60,645 bases of DNA from an uncultured Bacilli bacterium (GCA_944329465.1 CALVII010000001.1:1-60645), one strand, 5' to 3'. Shown: positions 1 through 9,523, numbered from the stretch's first letter. Numbers and translations are program-made. Notes: generated by a model from the sequence alone, not told the origin.

Positions 1-90
1 GCCTATTTTTGACCTCCTTATCAAGTTCATTTATCATTAGTTTTTGGTTCCACCAACACTACTTGACATTGAACCTAAAATTATACCATT

Positions 91-129
91 AAACAAAAAT
101 AACAAGTATTTTTCTAAACACTTGTTATT
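91..129 (-). terminator. Rho-independent terminator downstream of rpmA
   Basis: 10-bp stem AATAACAAGT/ACTTGTTATT (plus-strand 98-107 and 120-129) with a 12-nt loop, followed on the minus strand by TTTGTTT. The stem overlaps the rpmA stop codon. Confidence 0.6.
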
Positions 130-412
130 ATTCTGGATAAACACTCACTTGTTTACGGTCACGCCCTAAACGTTCAAATTTAACTTTTCCAGCTATTTTG
201 GCAAATAAAGTATCATCTTTACCAATGCCAACATTCACACCTGGATAAATTTTAGTTCCTCTTTGACGATATAAAATAGAACCACCAGTTACTACTTCAC
301 CATCGGCAGCTTTTGCCCCTAATCTTTTAGACTCAGAATCACGTCCGTTTTTAGTTGAACCTTGTCCCTTTTTATGAGCAAATAGTTGAATATTTAATCT
401 TAATAACTCCAT
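128..412 (-). CDS. rpmA: 50S ribosomal protein L27 with cleavable N-terminal extension
   Basis: Translation has the L27 core [21 protein letters not shown]...YRQRGTK. It is preceded by [11 protein letters not shown], the Firmicutes-type propeptide removed by Prp. Sits in rplU-prp-rpmA synteny. Confidence 0.95.
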   Translation of the reverse strand: MELLRLNIQLFAHKKGQGSTKNGRDSESKRLGAKAADGEVVTGGSILYRQRGTKIYPGVNVGIGKDDTLFAKIAGKVKFERLGRDRKQVSVYPE

Positions 413-415
413 AAA

Positions 416-712
416 CTACACCTCCTCGTTTATTTTTATATTTTTTTCATATTGTTTTTCCAAATCTTTTAATAAACTGATCATATTTAAAATAAGTGCT
501 TTGGTCTGCTTATCTTCTTTTAAAATATCTATAGAAAGCTTATCATTAGAAATATTATAACTAATTGCTTCCTCATCCAATCTCAAAATACCGTTTATAC
601 TCGTAATAACAATTGAACTTACAGATGCACATACAATATCTTTTCCATAATCAGCAAACATCGCATGTCCACTTATTTCAATATGATTTTTTCTAATGTC
701 GACTTTAATCAT
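416..712 (-). CDS. prp: Ribosomal-processing cysteine protease Prp (YsxB family)
   Basis: 98 aa lying between rplU and rpmA. Carries the signature ISGHAMFADYGKDIVCASVS (catalytic His/Cys pair). Confidence 0.85.
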   Translation of the reverse strand: MIKVDIRKNHIEISGHAMFADYGKDIVCASVSSIVITSINGILRLDEEAISYNISNDKLSIDILKEDKQTKALILNMISLLKDLEKQYEKNIKINEEV

Positions 713-1011
713 TATGCCACTAACTTAGTAATTTCAACTTTAGTATATGGTTGACGGTGACCTTGAGTACGACGATATTTTTTCTTTTGTTTATACTTAT
801 AAACTTTAATCTTTTTGTTTTTACCGTGTTTTAAAACCTTAGCTTCTACTTTAGCTCCTTTAACATAAGGATTTCCGCAAACTCCACCAATCATTAAAAC
901 ATGATCAAATGTAACCTTGCTATCAGCTTGGGCATCTAATTTTTCGGTATATAAAACAGAACCCTCTTCAACATAATATTGTTTTCCTCCAGTTTCAATA
1001 ACTGCTTTCAT
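712..1011 (-). CDS. rplU: 50S ribosomal protein L21
   Basis: [18 protein letters not shown]... is a typical L21 N-terminus. Basic C-terminus. Synteny with prp and rpmA. Confidence 0.95.
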   Translation of the reverse strand: MKAVIETGGKQYYVEEGSVLYTEKLDAQADSKVTFDHVLMIGGVCGNPYVKGAKVEAKVLKHGKNKKIKVYKYKQKKKYRRTQGHRQPYTKVEITKLVA

Positions 1012-1115
1012 ACTTTTACCTCCTTTATTAACTAAGACTCGCCATCAAGGTAGGACTAAACCTTTCAAAACCTTTTCTGTGCGGTTGTAGATGGAGATCT
1101 ACACATTTACACATT
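1012..1115 (-). ncRNA. Candidate ribosomal-protein L21 leader (structured 5' UTR)
   Basis: About 100 nt, locally GC-richer, directly upstream of rplU. Has hairpins such as GTAGATctccATCTAC and GGTAG...CTACC. Firmicutes carry an L21 leader at this position. No covariance-model search was run. Confidence 0.4.
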
Positions 1116-1814
1116 CTACCACAATCTACCCTTAAAGTCAAACCTTTTTCTCAAGTTTTCTCTTTCACTAATATAGTTAAAACCATTATAAAATAAATGT
1201 TTATAATCCCTTTTCATTTTATTAAAATCAAGAGAATTAATTTTTTTAACTTTTCTAAAATGATAATTATTTAAATATCTTTCGAGTAAAAATCTGTTAA
1301 ATATGCTTTCGTGATTTTTTGCTTCAAAAAAAACTCTCACTAATAAAAAAGTTAAAATCAAGATTAAAATTAAATTAAAATCGCTTTGAAAAATCAAAAC
1401 AAACATAAAAAATAAAGAAATAAAAATAATTAAGATATGACTTTTTTTAAAATCAGTTATCTTATTTAAAATTAAATTTAAAATCTTCGATCCGTCTAAA
1501 GGAAATATTGGTAGTAAATTAAAACATAAAATAGATAAACTATAATAAACCATCTCTTTCATACCAAAATAATAAAGGAAAATAGTAAAAATTATTTGAA
1601 AAATAGGTCCCATAACTGCAATTAAAGCTTCCTCACTAATTTTCCTATTTAAATCTTCGTTAAAAACCGTCAAAGCCCCAAACGGTAATAATATTATTTT
1701 ATCTATCTTCCAGTTAAAAATAACACCCATCAAAATATGTCCAAATTCATGAACAATAATAATCAAACTAAACAAAACAAAACCTTTAAAATGACCTGTA
1801 ATAGCCGAAATCAA
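1116..1814 (-). CDS. Site-2 (M50) intramembrane metalloprotease, SpoIVFB-like
   Basis: HEFGH (HExxH) in a TM segment and NLLPIFPLDGSKI (NxxPxxxLDG). Multi-TM protein. Sits immediately upstream of rplU, as spoIVFB does in Bacillus. Apparent TTG start. Confidence 0.8.
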   Translation of the reverse strand: MISAITGHFKGFVLFSLIIIVHEFGHILMGVIFNWKIDKIILLPFGALTVFNEDLNRKISEEALIAVMGPIFQIIFTIFLYYFGMKEMVYYSLSILCFNLLPIFPLDGSKILNLILNKITDFKKSHILIIFISLFFMFVLIFQSDFNLILILILTFLLVRVFFEAKNHESIFNRFLLERYLNNYHFRKVKKINSLDFNKMKRDYKHLFYNGFNYISERENLRKRFDFKGRLW

Positions 1815-1842
1815 AGCCGCAATATAATAAAAAAGATGGATT

Positions 1843-2400
1843 TTAAATATATTTTTTATAATCCAAAACCTTCCCCTCTTTTGTAAATACTAAATATATT
1901 TTCTCACCATTTGCCTCTCCTAAAATATCTCCCGCCTTCAAATAATCATACATACTAACTTTTATCTCTTTTATATTCGCATACCACACCTCTATACCAT
2001 CACCTTGCTCAACAACTACCGTATTGCCATACCCTTCCTTCTCACCTGCAAATACGACAATCCCACTTTTAATAACCGGTATCACATAACCTTTAGATAC
2101 CGTAAGTTCTACCCCATCTTTATATTCCTTTTCATCCTCATACTCTATTTTAGTAGAAGAAACCAAAGCCGTCTTCTCAGTTCCCGTAAGAGGAAGCGAT
2201 GAACCAAATAATTTTTCATAAGCCGTATTTACTTCCGCAAAACTAAAGTGATTTTGAAAAACATATTTATATAAATTTTCTCTAAGACTAGGACTTGATT
2301 TCAAAGCAATTAAAATCCCTAATAACAAAATTACACAAACTAAAAATTTACTAAATAACTTACTGATAAAACTAATTTTTTTAATCTTATTTTTCGACAT
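1843..2400 (-). CDS. Membrane-anchored degenerate LytM/M23-domain protein, SpoIVFA-like
   Basis: N-terminal TM segment. C-terminal GYGNTVVVEQGDGIEVWYANI M23-like fold, but no HxH metal site (IYLVFTKEG where HLHFE is expected). Lies upstream of the M50 protease, as spoIVFA does. Confidence 0.6.
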   Translation of the reverse strand: MSKNKIKKISFISKLFSKFLVCVILLLGILIALKSSPSLRENLYKYVFQNHFSFAEVNTAYEKLFGSSLPLTGTEKTALVSSTKIEYEDEKEYKDGVELTVSKGYVIPVIKSGIVVFAGEKEGYGNTVVVEQGDGIEVWYANIKEIKVSMYDYLKAGDILGEANGEKIYLVFTKEGKVLDYKKYI

Positions 2401-2485
2401 ATTATCACCTATAATAGCTTATTTATTTAAATCTATTTTTAGAACCACTTCTAGGCATTCACATATATTATTTTAGGTGATAAAT

Positions 2486-3778
2486 ATGAATATAATAGAT
2501 ATCTTAAGTGTAACTAAAGGCACTTTAATAAATAAAATAAATTTAAATTTAACCGTCAATAAATTTAAAATAGACAGCCGAAAAATAGAAAACGGTGACT
2601 GTTTTATAGCTATAAATGAAAACGGGCAAAAATACATAAAAAAAGCCATTCAAAATGGAGCTTCGTTAATTATTGTAAGTAAAAAAACATCTTATAATAT
2701 TCCGACTATATTAGTTCAAAACACTACTAAAATCTTAAGTAATCTCGCATCTTTTATAAGAAAAAAATATAATCCAAAAGTAATTGCTATAACAGGTAGT
2801 GTTGGTAAAACCACCACTAGAGAATTAATAAATGCTGTATTAAAAACCAAATATAGATGCCATCAAAATTTTCAAAATCAAAACAATCATATAGGAGTAC
2901 CTCTAACTTTATTTGATCTAACTAAAAAAGACGAAATTGCCATCATCGAAATGGGCATGAATCACTTAGGTGAAATAAGCAAATTATCTAAAATGGTCAC
3001 ACCAGATATTGCTGTAATTACCAACATAGGTACATCACACATCGGAAATTTAGGCAGTAAAGAAAATATCTTAAAAGCCAAATTAGAAATAAAAGAAGGT
3101 TTAACAGGACCTTTATTTGTAAATGGGGATGATCCTCTTTTAAAACACGAATATGCATTAAAAAGTGGTTTTGGAACTATTAACGATTTAATAGCTTATA
3201 ACCTATCTTCTTCCCTAACCTCGTCTTCTTTTGACATAATATTAGATAAACCTTATAAAATAAATGTAAACTTACCACCCTATTTAATAAACGACTGTTT
3301 AATTGCCATTCATATTGGACTATATTTAAAAGTAGATATAAAAGATATTATAGATGCCTTAAATAATTATCACACCTTTGATATGCGTATGAACATCTTA
3401 AAAGATAAAAACAATAATACTATTATAAATGACTGTTATAACTCTTCATTAGAATCTTTAACCGGTGTTTTAAATATATTAAAAAATGAAAATCAAAACA
3501 AACTATTAATCTTAGGTGATATTAATGAATTAGGTAAATTTTCCAAACAAATACATCAAAAAATACCTAAAATATTAGACCAAATTAACAATAAAAAAAT
3601 AATTTTAATCGGTAAAGAAATGAGTCAAATAAATTATGAAAATTCCCTTCATTTTAATAATTATAAAGAAACCATAAATTATCTTAAAACCAAAAAAACA
3701 AAAAATACTTTGATTTTAATCAAAGCATCTAGAAGTTTAAAATTAGAAAATATCACTAATTATTTTATGAAGTCTTAA
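2486..3778 (+). CDS. murF: UDP-N-acetylmuramoyl-tripeptide--D-alanyl-D-alanine ligase
   Basis: Mur ligase P-loop ITGSVGKTTTRELI and MGMNHLGEI. Length and domain order fit MurF. The ATG at 2486 follows AGGTGA, while the track ORF starts at GTG 2477. Confidence 0.9.
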   Translation: MNIIDILSVTKGTLINKINLNLTVNKFKIDSRKIENGDCFIAINENGQKYIKKAIQNGASLIIVSKKTSYNIPTILVQNTTKILSNLASFIRKKYNPKVIAITGSVGKTTTRELINAVLKTKYRCHQNFQNQNNHIGVPLTLFDLTKKDEIAIIEMGMNHLGEISKLSKMVTPDIAVITNIGTSHIGNLGSKENILKAKLEIKEGLTGPLFVNGDDPLLKHEYALKSGFGTINDLIAYNLSSSLTSSSFDIILDKPYKINVNLPPYLINDCLIAIHIGLYLKVDIKDIIDALNNYHTFDMRMNILKDKNNNTIINDCYNSSLESLTGVLNILKNENQNKLLILGDINELGKFSKQIHQKIPKILDQINNKKIILIGKEMSQINYENSLHFNNYKETINYLKTKKTKNTLILIKASRSLKLENITNYFMKS

Positions 3779-4257
3779 AAGCCATATCTACTTTTTTTCT
3801 GACATTTTTTAACAACAAAGAAAAGAAACATACTATAAATTAGATTAATAATTAGTGATTTTAATATACTAAAGATCAAAGCTATTAAGCTAAAAGACAT
3901 CGTACTTACAAGCACTAATAAACTATAAGTAAATGTTCTATAAATTAATATGCATAAAACTATAATAATTAGTAAATTAAGATAATTATCACTAAGCACT
4001 AAATTCATACGGGTAATAATAAAAGCCATAAAACAAAAGACAATTGCATGAAAAATAATTGTATCAGTATAAAACAAATCATAGGCTAAACCAGTTACAA
4101 AAGCATATTTATAATACTGCGAATAATCGTCAAAAAGTGGATAAACGATAATCAAAGATACTAAAGTAAACAAAGGAGCACAAAAACCATCGATTGAAAC
4201 AAAATTAGAAATAACCCCTTCAAGTAAAAAAGAAACTATTAAAATTATCGCTTTCAT
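3775..4257 (-). CDS. mreD: Rod shape-determining protein MreD (positional call)
   Basis: 160-aa polytopic membrane protein whose start overlaps the stop of mreC by 4 nt. Confidence 0.65.
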   Translation of the reverse strand: MKAIILIVSFLLEGVISNFVSIDGFCAPLFTLVSLIIVYPLFDDYSQYYKYAFVTGLAYDLFYTDTIIFHAIVFCFMAFIITRMNLVLSDNYLNLLIIIVLCILIYRTFTYSLLVLVSTMSFSLIALIFSILKSLIINLIYSMFLFFVVKKCQKKSRYGF

Positions 4258-5102
4258 TCAGTTTTCCTTTTCAAAACAGTTACATAATCTAAGTCGTCAA
4301 AATCTACTGAAGCTTCCACTTCAACCACTTTTGATAAATCAAAATTATCCGTCGTAACTCTTTTAACCTTACCAACCATTAAACCACTTGGAAAATTAGT
4401 CCCCATACCAGTCGTCACCACGTTGGCCCCTTTTAAAATATCAACATTTTCACTTATACCTTCTACCGTATATGTATTAGTTTTAGAATCGTATTTTGAA
4501 ATAAGGCCGTAGACATAACCTTCTTCCACCTTTATTTTCACACTTATCTTATCGCTCATATTCTCGTTAGAAAGTAACTTAACCGTACTAGAATAATTAC
4601 TAACTTTAGTAATCTGCCCAATTAAACCCTTAGGAGTTACTACCGCCATACCTTTTTCAATACCATTTTTACTACCTTTATCAATAGTTATCTCGTCATA
4701 CCAATATCCAATATTTCTAGATATAACTGTCGCATTTAAATAAACCTTATCACTCAAAACAGTATTTAAATCTAAAGTTTCCTTTAATTTATCAATCTCA
4801 TTTTGTAAATTTTCATTTTGCGATATAACTGAGTCAACTTGCTCTTCTTTATTTTTAAGTTTTTTATATTTTTCATATAAATCGTTTTTTTCCATCATCT
4901 CTTCAGCTCGGTCTTGAATAAAATTAAAGGGGGCAGAAACAACCTTCAAAACAATTGTAATAGTATCTTTAGCCACCTTTTCAACAGGATTTAAATCACG
5001 TTCTTCCTTAAGTGAAGCAGCTAATACAACCAGTATTAAAGCAATTAATACCACTGCCAAAATAAACAAATATCTTTTACTAAAGTGCTTTTTATTATAC
5101 AT
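4254..5102 (-). CDS. mreC: Rod shape-determining protein MreC
   Basis: N-terminal TM, coiled-coil region (QNENLQNEIDKLKE) and beta-barrel region with GLIGQITKV. The ATG at 5102 follows GGGTGA. Confidence 0.85.
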   Translation of the reverse strand: MYNKKHFSKRYLFILAVVLIALILVVLAASLKEERDLNPVEKVAKDTITIVLKVVSAPFNFIQDRAEEMMEKNDLYEKYKKLKNKEEQVDSVISQNENLQNEIDKLKETLDLNTVLSDKVYLNATVISRNIGYWYDEITIDKGSKNGIEKGMAVVTPKGLIGQITKVSNYSSTVKLLSNENMSDKISVKIKVEEGYVYGLISKYDSKTNTYTVEGISENVDILKGANVVTTGMGTNFPSGLMVGKVKRVTTDNFDLSKVVEVEASVDFDDLDYVTVLKRKTE

Positions 5103-5148
5103 AGCCGTCACCCATTAAAATTATAATACATTTTAAAAATATTGCCAA

Positions 5149-5829
5149 CTAAATTTTCCCATTTTCTAAAAAACTATAATACTTATCCTCTCCAATAATA
5201 ATATGATCTATTAATTTAATTCCAAAAATAATACCCACATCTTTTAATCTATTAGTTAAATTAATATCTTCCCTGCTCGGTCTAGCCTCTCCACTTGGAT
5301 GGTTATGTACACATATAATTCCCGTCGCATTAAGTAAATAAGCCTCTTTAAAAACATCTCTAGGATGTACTAAACTATAATTAGCTGTACCTATAAAAAG
5401 TAATTTTTCTTCTAATACTTTTTTGCCCGCATCCAAATAAATACAGTAAAATTGTTCCTGCGAACTATTGATTTTAATTTTATAATACTCAAATACCTTA
5501 TTTGTTTTATTTAATTTAACTCCTGTAAGTGAAGCTAATTTTCTATTCATCCTGCGGCATATCTCTGATAAAGCTACTAAAGTACATGCTTTCGCATCAC
5601 CTATTCCCTTTATTTTTTTAACCTCCTGATATTTAATGTTTTTTAAATTTTCAAGACCATTTAAATTACTTAAAATATAGGCCGATAAATTTTTAACTGA
5701 CATATCTTTATAACCCGTTTTTAAAATAATCGAAAGTAACTCTTCATCACTCACATTTTCCGCTCCTACATTAATTAACCTTTCTCTTGGTCTTTCCATC
5801 ATAGGAATATCTTTCATTTTTACATTCAT
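5149..5829 (-). CDS. radC: RadC-like JAMM/MPN domain protein
   Basis: ERPRERL N-terminal motif, helix-hairpin-helix (IKGIGDAKA) and the JAMM motif VHNHPSGEARPSREDI. Confidence 0.9.
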   Translation of the reverse strand: MNVKMKDIPMMERPRERLINVGAENVSDEELLSIILKTGYKDMSVKNLSAYILSNLNGLENLKNIKYQEVKKIKGIGDAKACTLVALSEICRRMNRKLASLTGVKLNKTNKVFEYYKIKINSSQEQFYCIYLDAGKKVLEEKLLFIGTANYSLVHPRDVFKEAYLLNATGIICVHNHPSGEARPSREDINLTNRLKDVGIIFGIKLIDHIIIGEDKYYSFLENGKI

Positions 5830-6275
5830 CCAACCAACTCCTCGTATTTAGCTAAAACCTGATTACAAATAACCTTAATAGATTCACTATCATCTGTTTT
5901 TGAAAGTAAACTATCATATTGATTTAAAATATTGATAAAATCCTCATCATCCGTAATTTTTTCTTTTAAAAAAGTATCATAACCTATAGATTTATAATAA
6001 TTTTGAATTTTCAAAGCATTATCCTTATTAGCCGTAATTCCAATATAAGTATAATATTGATTATCTTCAACATTATAAATATAATGACTAAAATCTTTCA
6101 TATTTTCCTTCATATTATCCATATCAGAGTAAACCCCTCTTTGAATATAATATAAACTCTCGGCTTCCGAAGAAACCGCCAAAGCTGGTAAAGTTTCGTA
6201 CTGTTTGATAATAAAGTAAGCCATACCAATACCTAAAATTAAAGATACAGATACCGGAAATAAATATTTTTTCAT
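5826..6275 (-). CDS. Membrane-anchored SPOR-like domain protein (hypothetical)
   Basis: N-terminal TM followed by an approximately 70-aa region (YYIQRGVYSDMDN...YTYIGITANKDNALKIQNYYKSIGYD) resembling a SPOR fold. ATG at 6275 follows AGGTGA. Confidence 0.45.
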   Translation of the reverse strand: MKKYLFPVSVSLILGIGMAYFIIKQYETLPALAVSSEAESLYYIQRGVYSDMDNMKENMKDFSHYIYNVEDNQYYTYIGITANKDNALKIQNYYKSIGYDTFLKEKITDDEDFINILNQYDSLLSKTDDSESIKVICNQVLAKYEELVG

Positions 6276-6331
6276 TAATATCACCTACCAATATCATAAA
6301 ATAAAAAGTTTACTTTTTTTGTCACCTAAAG

Positions 6332-6378
6332 TCACCTTCTATAATATATATACGACATTTATAAGCAAATTCCTTTTT
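6332..6378 (-). promoter_or_regulatory. Copy A of a recurrent promoter-like motif (AAAAAGGA-N14-GTCGTAT-N6-TATAGA-GGTGA)
   Basis: Minus-strand read: AAAAAGGAATTTGCTTATAAATGTCGTATATATATTATAGAAGGTGA, about 55 nt upstream of the SPOR-like gene. Same spacing as the copies at 17209-17254 and 51388-51434. Confidence 0.35.
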
Positions 6379-6420
6379 ATTTTTTTAATTTCATATTATA
6401 ATATACTTAGAGGTGAAATT

Positions 6421-7245
6421 ATGTCTTATAAAGTAGATAGAAAAAGATCAAATATATTTAACAAAGCTATAATTGCCGGTGGACTTATTATAGCTATATT
6501 GGGTAGTGGAAATGCCGTAATTAATATATTAAGTCAAAATGCTGGTATAAAATCAAATCAAGATATAGTTGCCGTAGCAACCGTTCAAGATAAACAAGCT
6601 GATTTATCAAACATTGAAACTACTGAAGAATACACTCCAAAATATGATATAACAAGCATGCAAGAAAAATATCCAGATGCTTGGGGTATTTTAGAAAAAC
6701 CAGATGGAACTGCTCTTCCTATTGCTCAAACAGATTCTAAAGAAGATGAAACCTACTTTCTAAGACATACATTAGACGGTAGTGAAAGTACTTCTGGAAC
6801 TGTCTTTTTAGACCATCAAAATGATAAAAATATGGAAAACCAAGTAAGCCGTCTTTGGGGACATAACTTACTTGGAGAAAACATGTTTGGTGATTTAACC
6901 GAATACCAAAATCAAGGTCAATCATTTTATGATCAAAATAAAACTTATACATTATATACCGCAAACGGTGTTTATAAATTAGATGTCTTTGCCGCTTTAG
7001 AAGAAGATGCGACAACTCAAGAATTTGACTATAATACCCAAGAGGACTTTCTAAATGATATGGCTAATAATAGAGATTCTTCTAACTTCAAGTCAGATGT
7101 TCAAATATCACCAGATGATCAAGTAATAATATTAGAATGTTGTCCAGATAGAGGTAGTGCATTTTCTGGAAACAATCGTTTTTCAGTATACACTAAAGTA
7201 ACACCAGTATATGAATATAATTTAAATAACAGTAAAGCCTTGTAA
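6421..7245 (+). CDS. Class B-like sortase
   Basis: N-terminal TM. SGTVFLDHQND and LWGHNL (catalytic His), VIILECCPD (Cys), NRFSVY (Arg). The ATG at 6421 follows AGAGGTGA. The longer track ORF (TTG 6319) is probably spurious. Confidence 0.7.
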   Translation: MSYKVDRKRSNIFNKAIIAGGLIIAILGSGNAVINILSQNAGIKSNQDIVAVATVQDKQADLSNIETTEEYTPKYDITSMQEKYPDAWGILEKPDGTALPIAQTDSKEDETYFLRHTLDGSESTSGTVFLDHQNDKNMENQVSRLWGHNLLGENMFGDLTEYQNQGQSFYDQNKTYTLYTANGVYKLDVFAALEEDATTQEFDYNTQEDFLNDMANNRDSSNFKSDVQISPDDQVIILECCPDRGSAFSGNNRFSVYTKVTPVYEYNLNNSKAL

Positions 7246-7259
7246 ATCAAGGTTTTTTA
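7237..7259 (+). terminator. Terminator of the sortase gene
   Basis: GCCTTG-taaat-CAAGGT hairpin with the stop codon in the loop, followed by TTTTTT. Confidence 0.6.
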
Positions 7260-7470
7260 GTATTAAAAAAGACTTTATTAATTGTCCAAGTTTAATATGC
7301 AACTAAATGAGTTATTTTATAATAGCTATATAGATAATCATAATATTACGACAAAAATACCATAAATTTAAAAAATGGTATTTTTTAAAGAAAAAAGGTA
7401 AAATCTTATTGAAAAAATTAACTTACCGTGATAGTATATAAAACAATATTTTAAATGGGAGAATAATGCT

Positions 7471-8370
7471 ATGGAAAAAGGTTGTAAAAATGAAAGTTAT
7501 TATGATGTTACGCCAATATCTATAACCACTAATTTGTTAGATATAGCTGATATGTTAAGAGGTTTAAAAAAGCCTAAAATAGCTTTGTTAGATAATAAAA
7601 ACATTAACGAGTTATTATATAAAGGCAAAAGACCGTTTTTAGAAAATTCATTTAGTTTAACTAATATACCTTTTATACCTTATGATTTATTGCAAAAAAT
7701 TGAAATAGTTAGTAAACATAAAGAGATGGATTTTAATTCATTTATAAATTTAGTTAATAATTATTTATCTACTCTTGATCCGTTTGATATTCCAGTATTA
7801 TTTGATAAAACACTAGACGTTGAAGGTGGTTATTGTAACCCTTTATATTTGGGGAAAGACAAAAAAATAAAGAAACTTATATTTACGGAATTTGTTATAA
7901 GTCAAAAATTTTCTGTATTAACTTCTGGAATATATGCTCATGAAGTTGTACACTCTCAGTTAGAATTTAATAACGGAGTAAATAATTATATTCATAGTGA
8001 AGTTTTACCTATATTCTTTGATAAATTAACAGCTTTATATATCAATGATAATTACGAAACTTTAAAGATTAATGAAAAATTAAGGTTTATTAGATTATTT
8101 AATACGATAGATAATTATAAAAATAAATGCTTATCACTATATAATAAAACTAAATTGTCTATGGGAATTATATCTATTTTAGAAGCAGAAAAACTATTTG
8201 ATAAATATTTATATGGAACTAATAATGACAAAGATAATATAATTTTAAAAATCAATGATGTTTTATTAGGAAATATAAAACTTGAAGATTTGCTTAAAGA
8301 CACCGAAATATCTATCAATAGTTGTCAGGACAAAAAATTAATTAAAAGGAAAATGAACAGTTTACTTTAA
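7471..8370 (+). CDS. Hypothetical protein with a single HExxH motif
   Basis: 299-aa ORF with a GGGAGA RBS. YAHEVVHSQLE is the only recognisable motif (possible zinc metallopeptidase). No signal peptide seen. Confidence 0.55.
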   Translation: MEKGCKNESYYDVTPISITTNLLDIADMLRGLKKPKIALLDNKNINELLYKGKRPFLENSFSLTNIPFIPYDLLQKIEIVSKHKEMDFNSFINLVNNYLSTLDPFDIPVLFDKTLDVEGGYCNPLYLGKDKKIKKLIFTEFVISQKFSVLTSGIYAHEVVHSQLEFNNGVNNYIHSEVLPIFFDKLTALYINDNYETLKINEKLRFIRLFNTIDNYKNKCLSLYNKTKLSMGIISILEAEKLFDKYLYGTNNDKDNIILKINDVLLGNIKLEDLLKDTEISINSCQDKKLIKRKMNSLL

Positions 8371-8410
8371 ATAAAAATCAATATATAATCAAAATAAAGG
8401 AGAGGGTTAT

Positions 8411-8683
8411 ATGTATAGGTTTAAGTATTATTATAAAAATGGCACTAATGAAATTAGTGACTGTTATGGAAAAAAGCCAGAATTAATGTACAATGATTTT
8501 GATGGGCTAATGGATTGGGATGAATTTAATAATTTACGTTATAAAAATTTATCAGTTCATGAAATTTTAGAATTAGCAATGAAAGTTTATAAAGGTTTTC
8601 TTCCAGATTTTTATAGAATTGAAATAATTAACGATGAAAATGATGAAATCGTTGATTATATAGATGTAAAGGAGGTGAAGTAA
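8411..8683 (+). CDS. Hypothetical small protein
   Basis: 90-aa ORF with a strong RBS (AAAGGAGAGGG). No recognisable motif. Confidence 0.55.
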   Translation: MYRFKYYYKNGTNEISDCYGKKPELMYNDFDGLMDWDEFNNLRYKNLSVHEILELAMKVYKGFLPDFYRIEIINDENDEIVDYIDVKEVK

Positions 8684-8684
8684 A

Positions 8685-9062
8685 ATGGCAGATACTGAAT
8701 TTTTTACAACTGATGAATACGGTAATGTAATTAGTAAAACTAATATCCATCCAGATGGTAGTGTATCTAGATACCCATATACTACTCCTGACCAAATAAA
8801 AAAAGGACATGGACATCAAGAATGGGGTAGTATGGATGATTATTTGCAAGATGAAAAACCTGATTGGCAAAGAAGTAAAAATGCTAAAAAAAGTCAAAAT
8901 CGTCGTTGGTCAGGTCCTGGTTATGATTTAGCTTTAGAAATGCTAAATGATTTGTCTTTAGAAGAATTACAAGAACTTTTAGAACTATCATCAGAAAATT
9001 ATGTCCACACTTCTGAAGAAATGTTAGTAAGAGGTACTCATAAACAATTAGTACTTAAATAA
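8685..9062 (+). CDS. Hypothetical small acidic protein
   Basis: 125-aa ORF. The AAGGAGGTGA RBS is embedded in the end of the preceding ORF, which suggests translational coupling. No recognisable motif. Confidence 0.55.
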   Translation: MADTEFFTTDEYGNVISKTNIHPDGSVSRYPYTTPDQIKKGHGHQEWGSMDDYLQDEKPDWQRSKNAKKSQNRRWSGPGYDLALEMLNDLSLEELQELLELSSENYVHTSEEMLVRGTHKQLVLK

Positions 9063-9169
9063 TCTGATTTATTATTAACAACTAATTTAATGACAAATAA
9101 GTAACACACTAGGATATTGGCAAAGCCAATAACGAGGTATACCAAAGGGATCACCCTTTGGAAATCCTA

Positions 9170-9208
9170 AACAACGCATTTATCAGTTAAGGTAATGCGT
9201 TGTTTTTT
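9170..9208 (+). terminator. Terminator closing the 7471-9062 gene set
   Basis: 11-bp stem AACAACGCATT/AATGCGTTGTT followed by TTTT. Preceded by two further hairpins (9118-9130 TTGGCaaaGCCAA; 9142-9161 CCAAAGGGatcaCCCTTTGG). Confidence 0.6.
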
Positions 9209-9520
9209 GTATAAAAAATACAATTTTATTCCAGTCTTCATATCTATTCTTCATACTTATGATAGAGCTTTAAACTGGAATCCTCATATTCATATGATCC
9301 TGCTTGATGATGGCATATCTAAAACTAATTTTAAAAACATTAATTTCTTTTATGAAAGTCATTTTAGATTTATTGGGAAAAATGAATTTAGACAAATAAA
9401 AAAACAATTTATATCGTAGACACAATGATGGTTTTTATGTCTACGCACCTAAATCGTTATATAAATCTATTAAAAAACTTTTAAAATATGTTTGTAGTCA
9501 AAAAAATGCACTTTCCTTAT
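9195..9520 (+). pseudogene. Fragment of an IS91-family (Y2/HUH) transposase
   Basis: ILHTYDRALNWNPHIHMILLDDGI matches the conserved LHTWG..L..HPHIH..V..GG block of Y2 transposases. After a stop, a shifted frame continues HNDGFYVYAPKS...LLKYVCS. The N-terminal half is missing. Confidence 0.55.
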
Positions 9521-9523
9521 ATA

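Noticed and set aside
63-68. Perfect TTGACA on the plus strand near the window start
   Set aside because: It points into the convergent rpmA terminator, with no plus-strand gene downstream and no matching -10. Treated as chance in AT-rich DNA.
2401-6284. Absence of mreB and minCD around radC-mreCD-spoIVFA/B, and absence of murD/murE from the dcw pieces
   Set aside because: These genes may simply lie elsewhere in the genome. Nothing in the window shows a deletion scar, so no claim can be made from this sequence alone.
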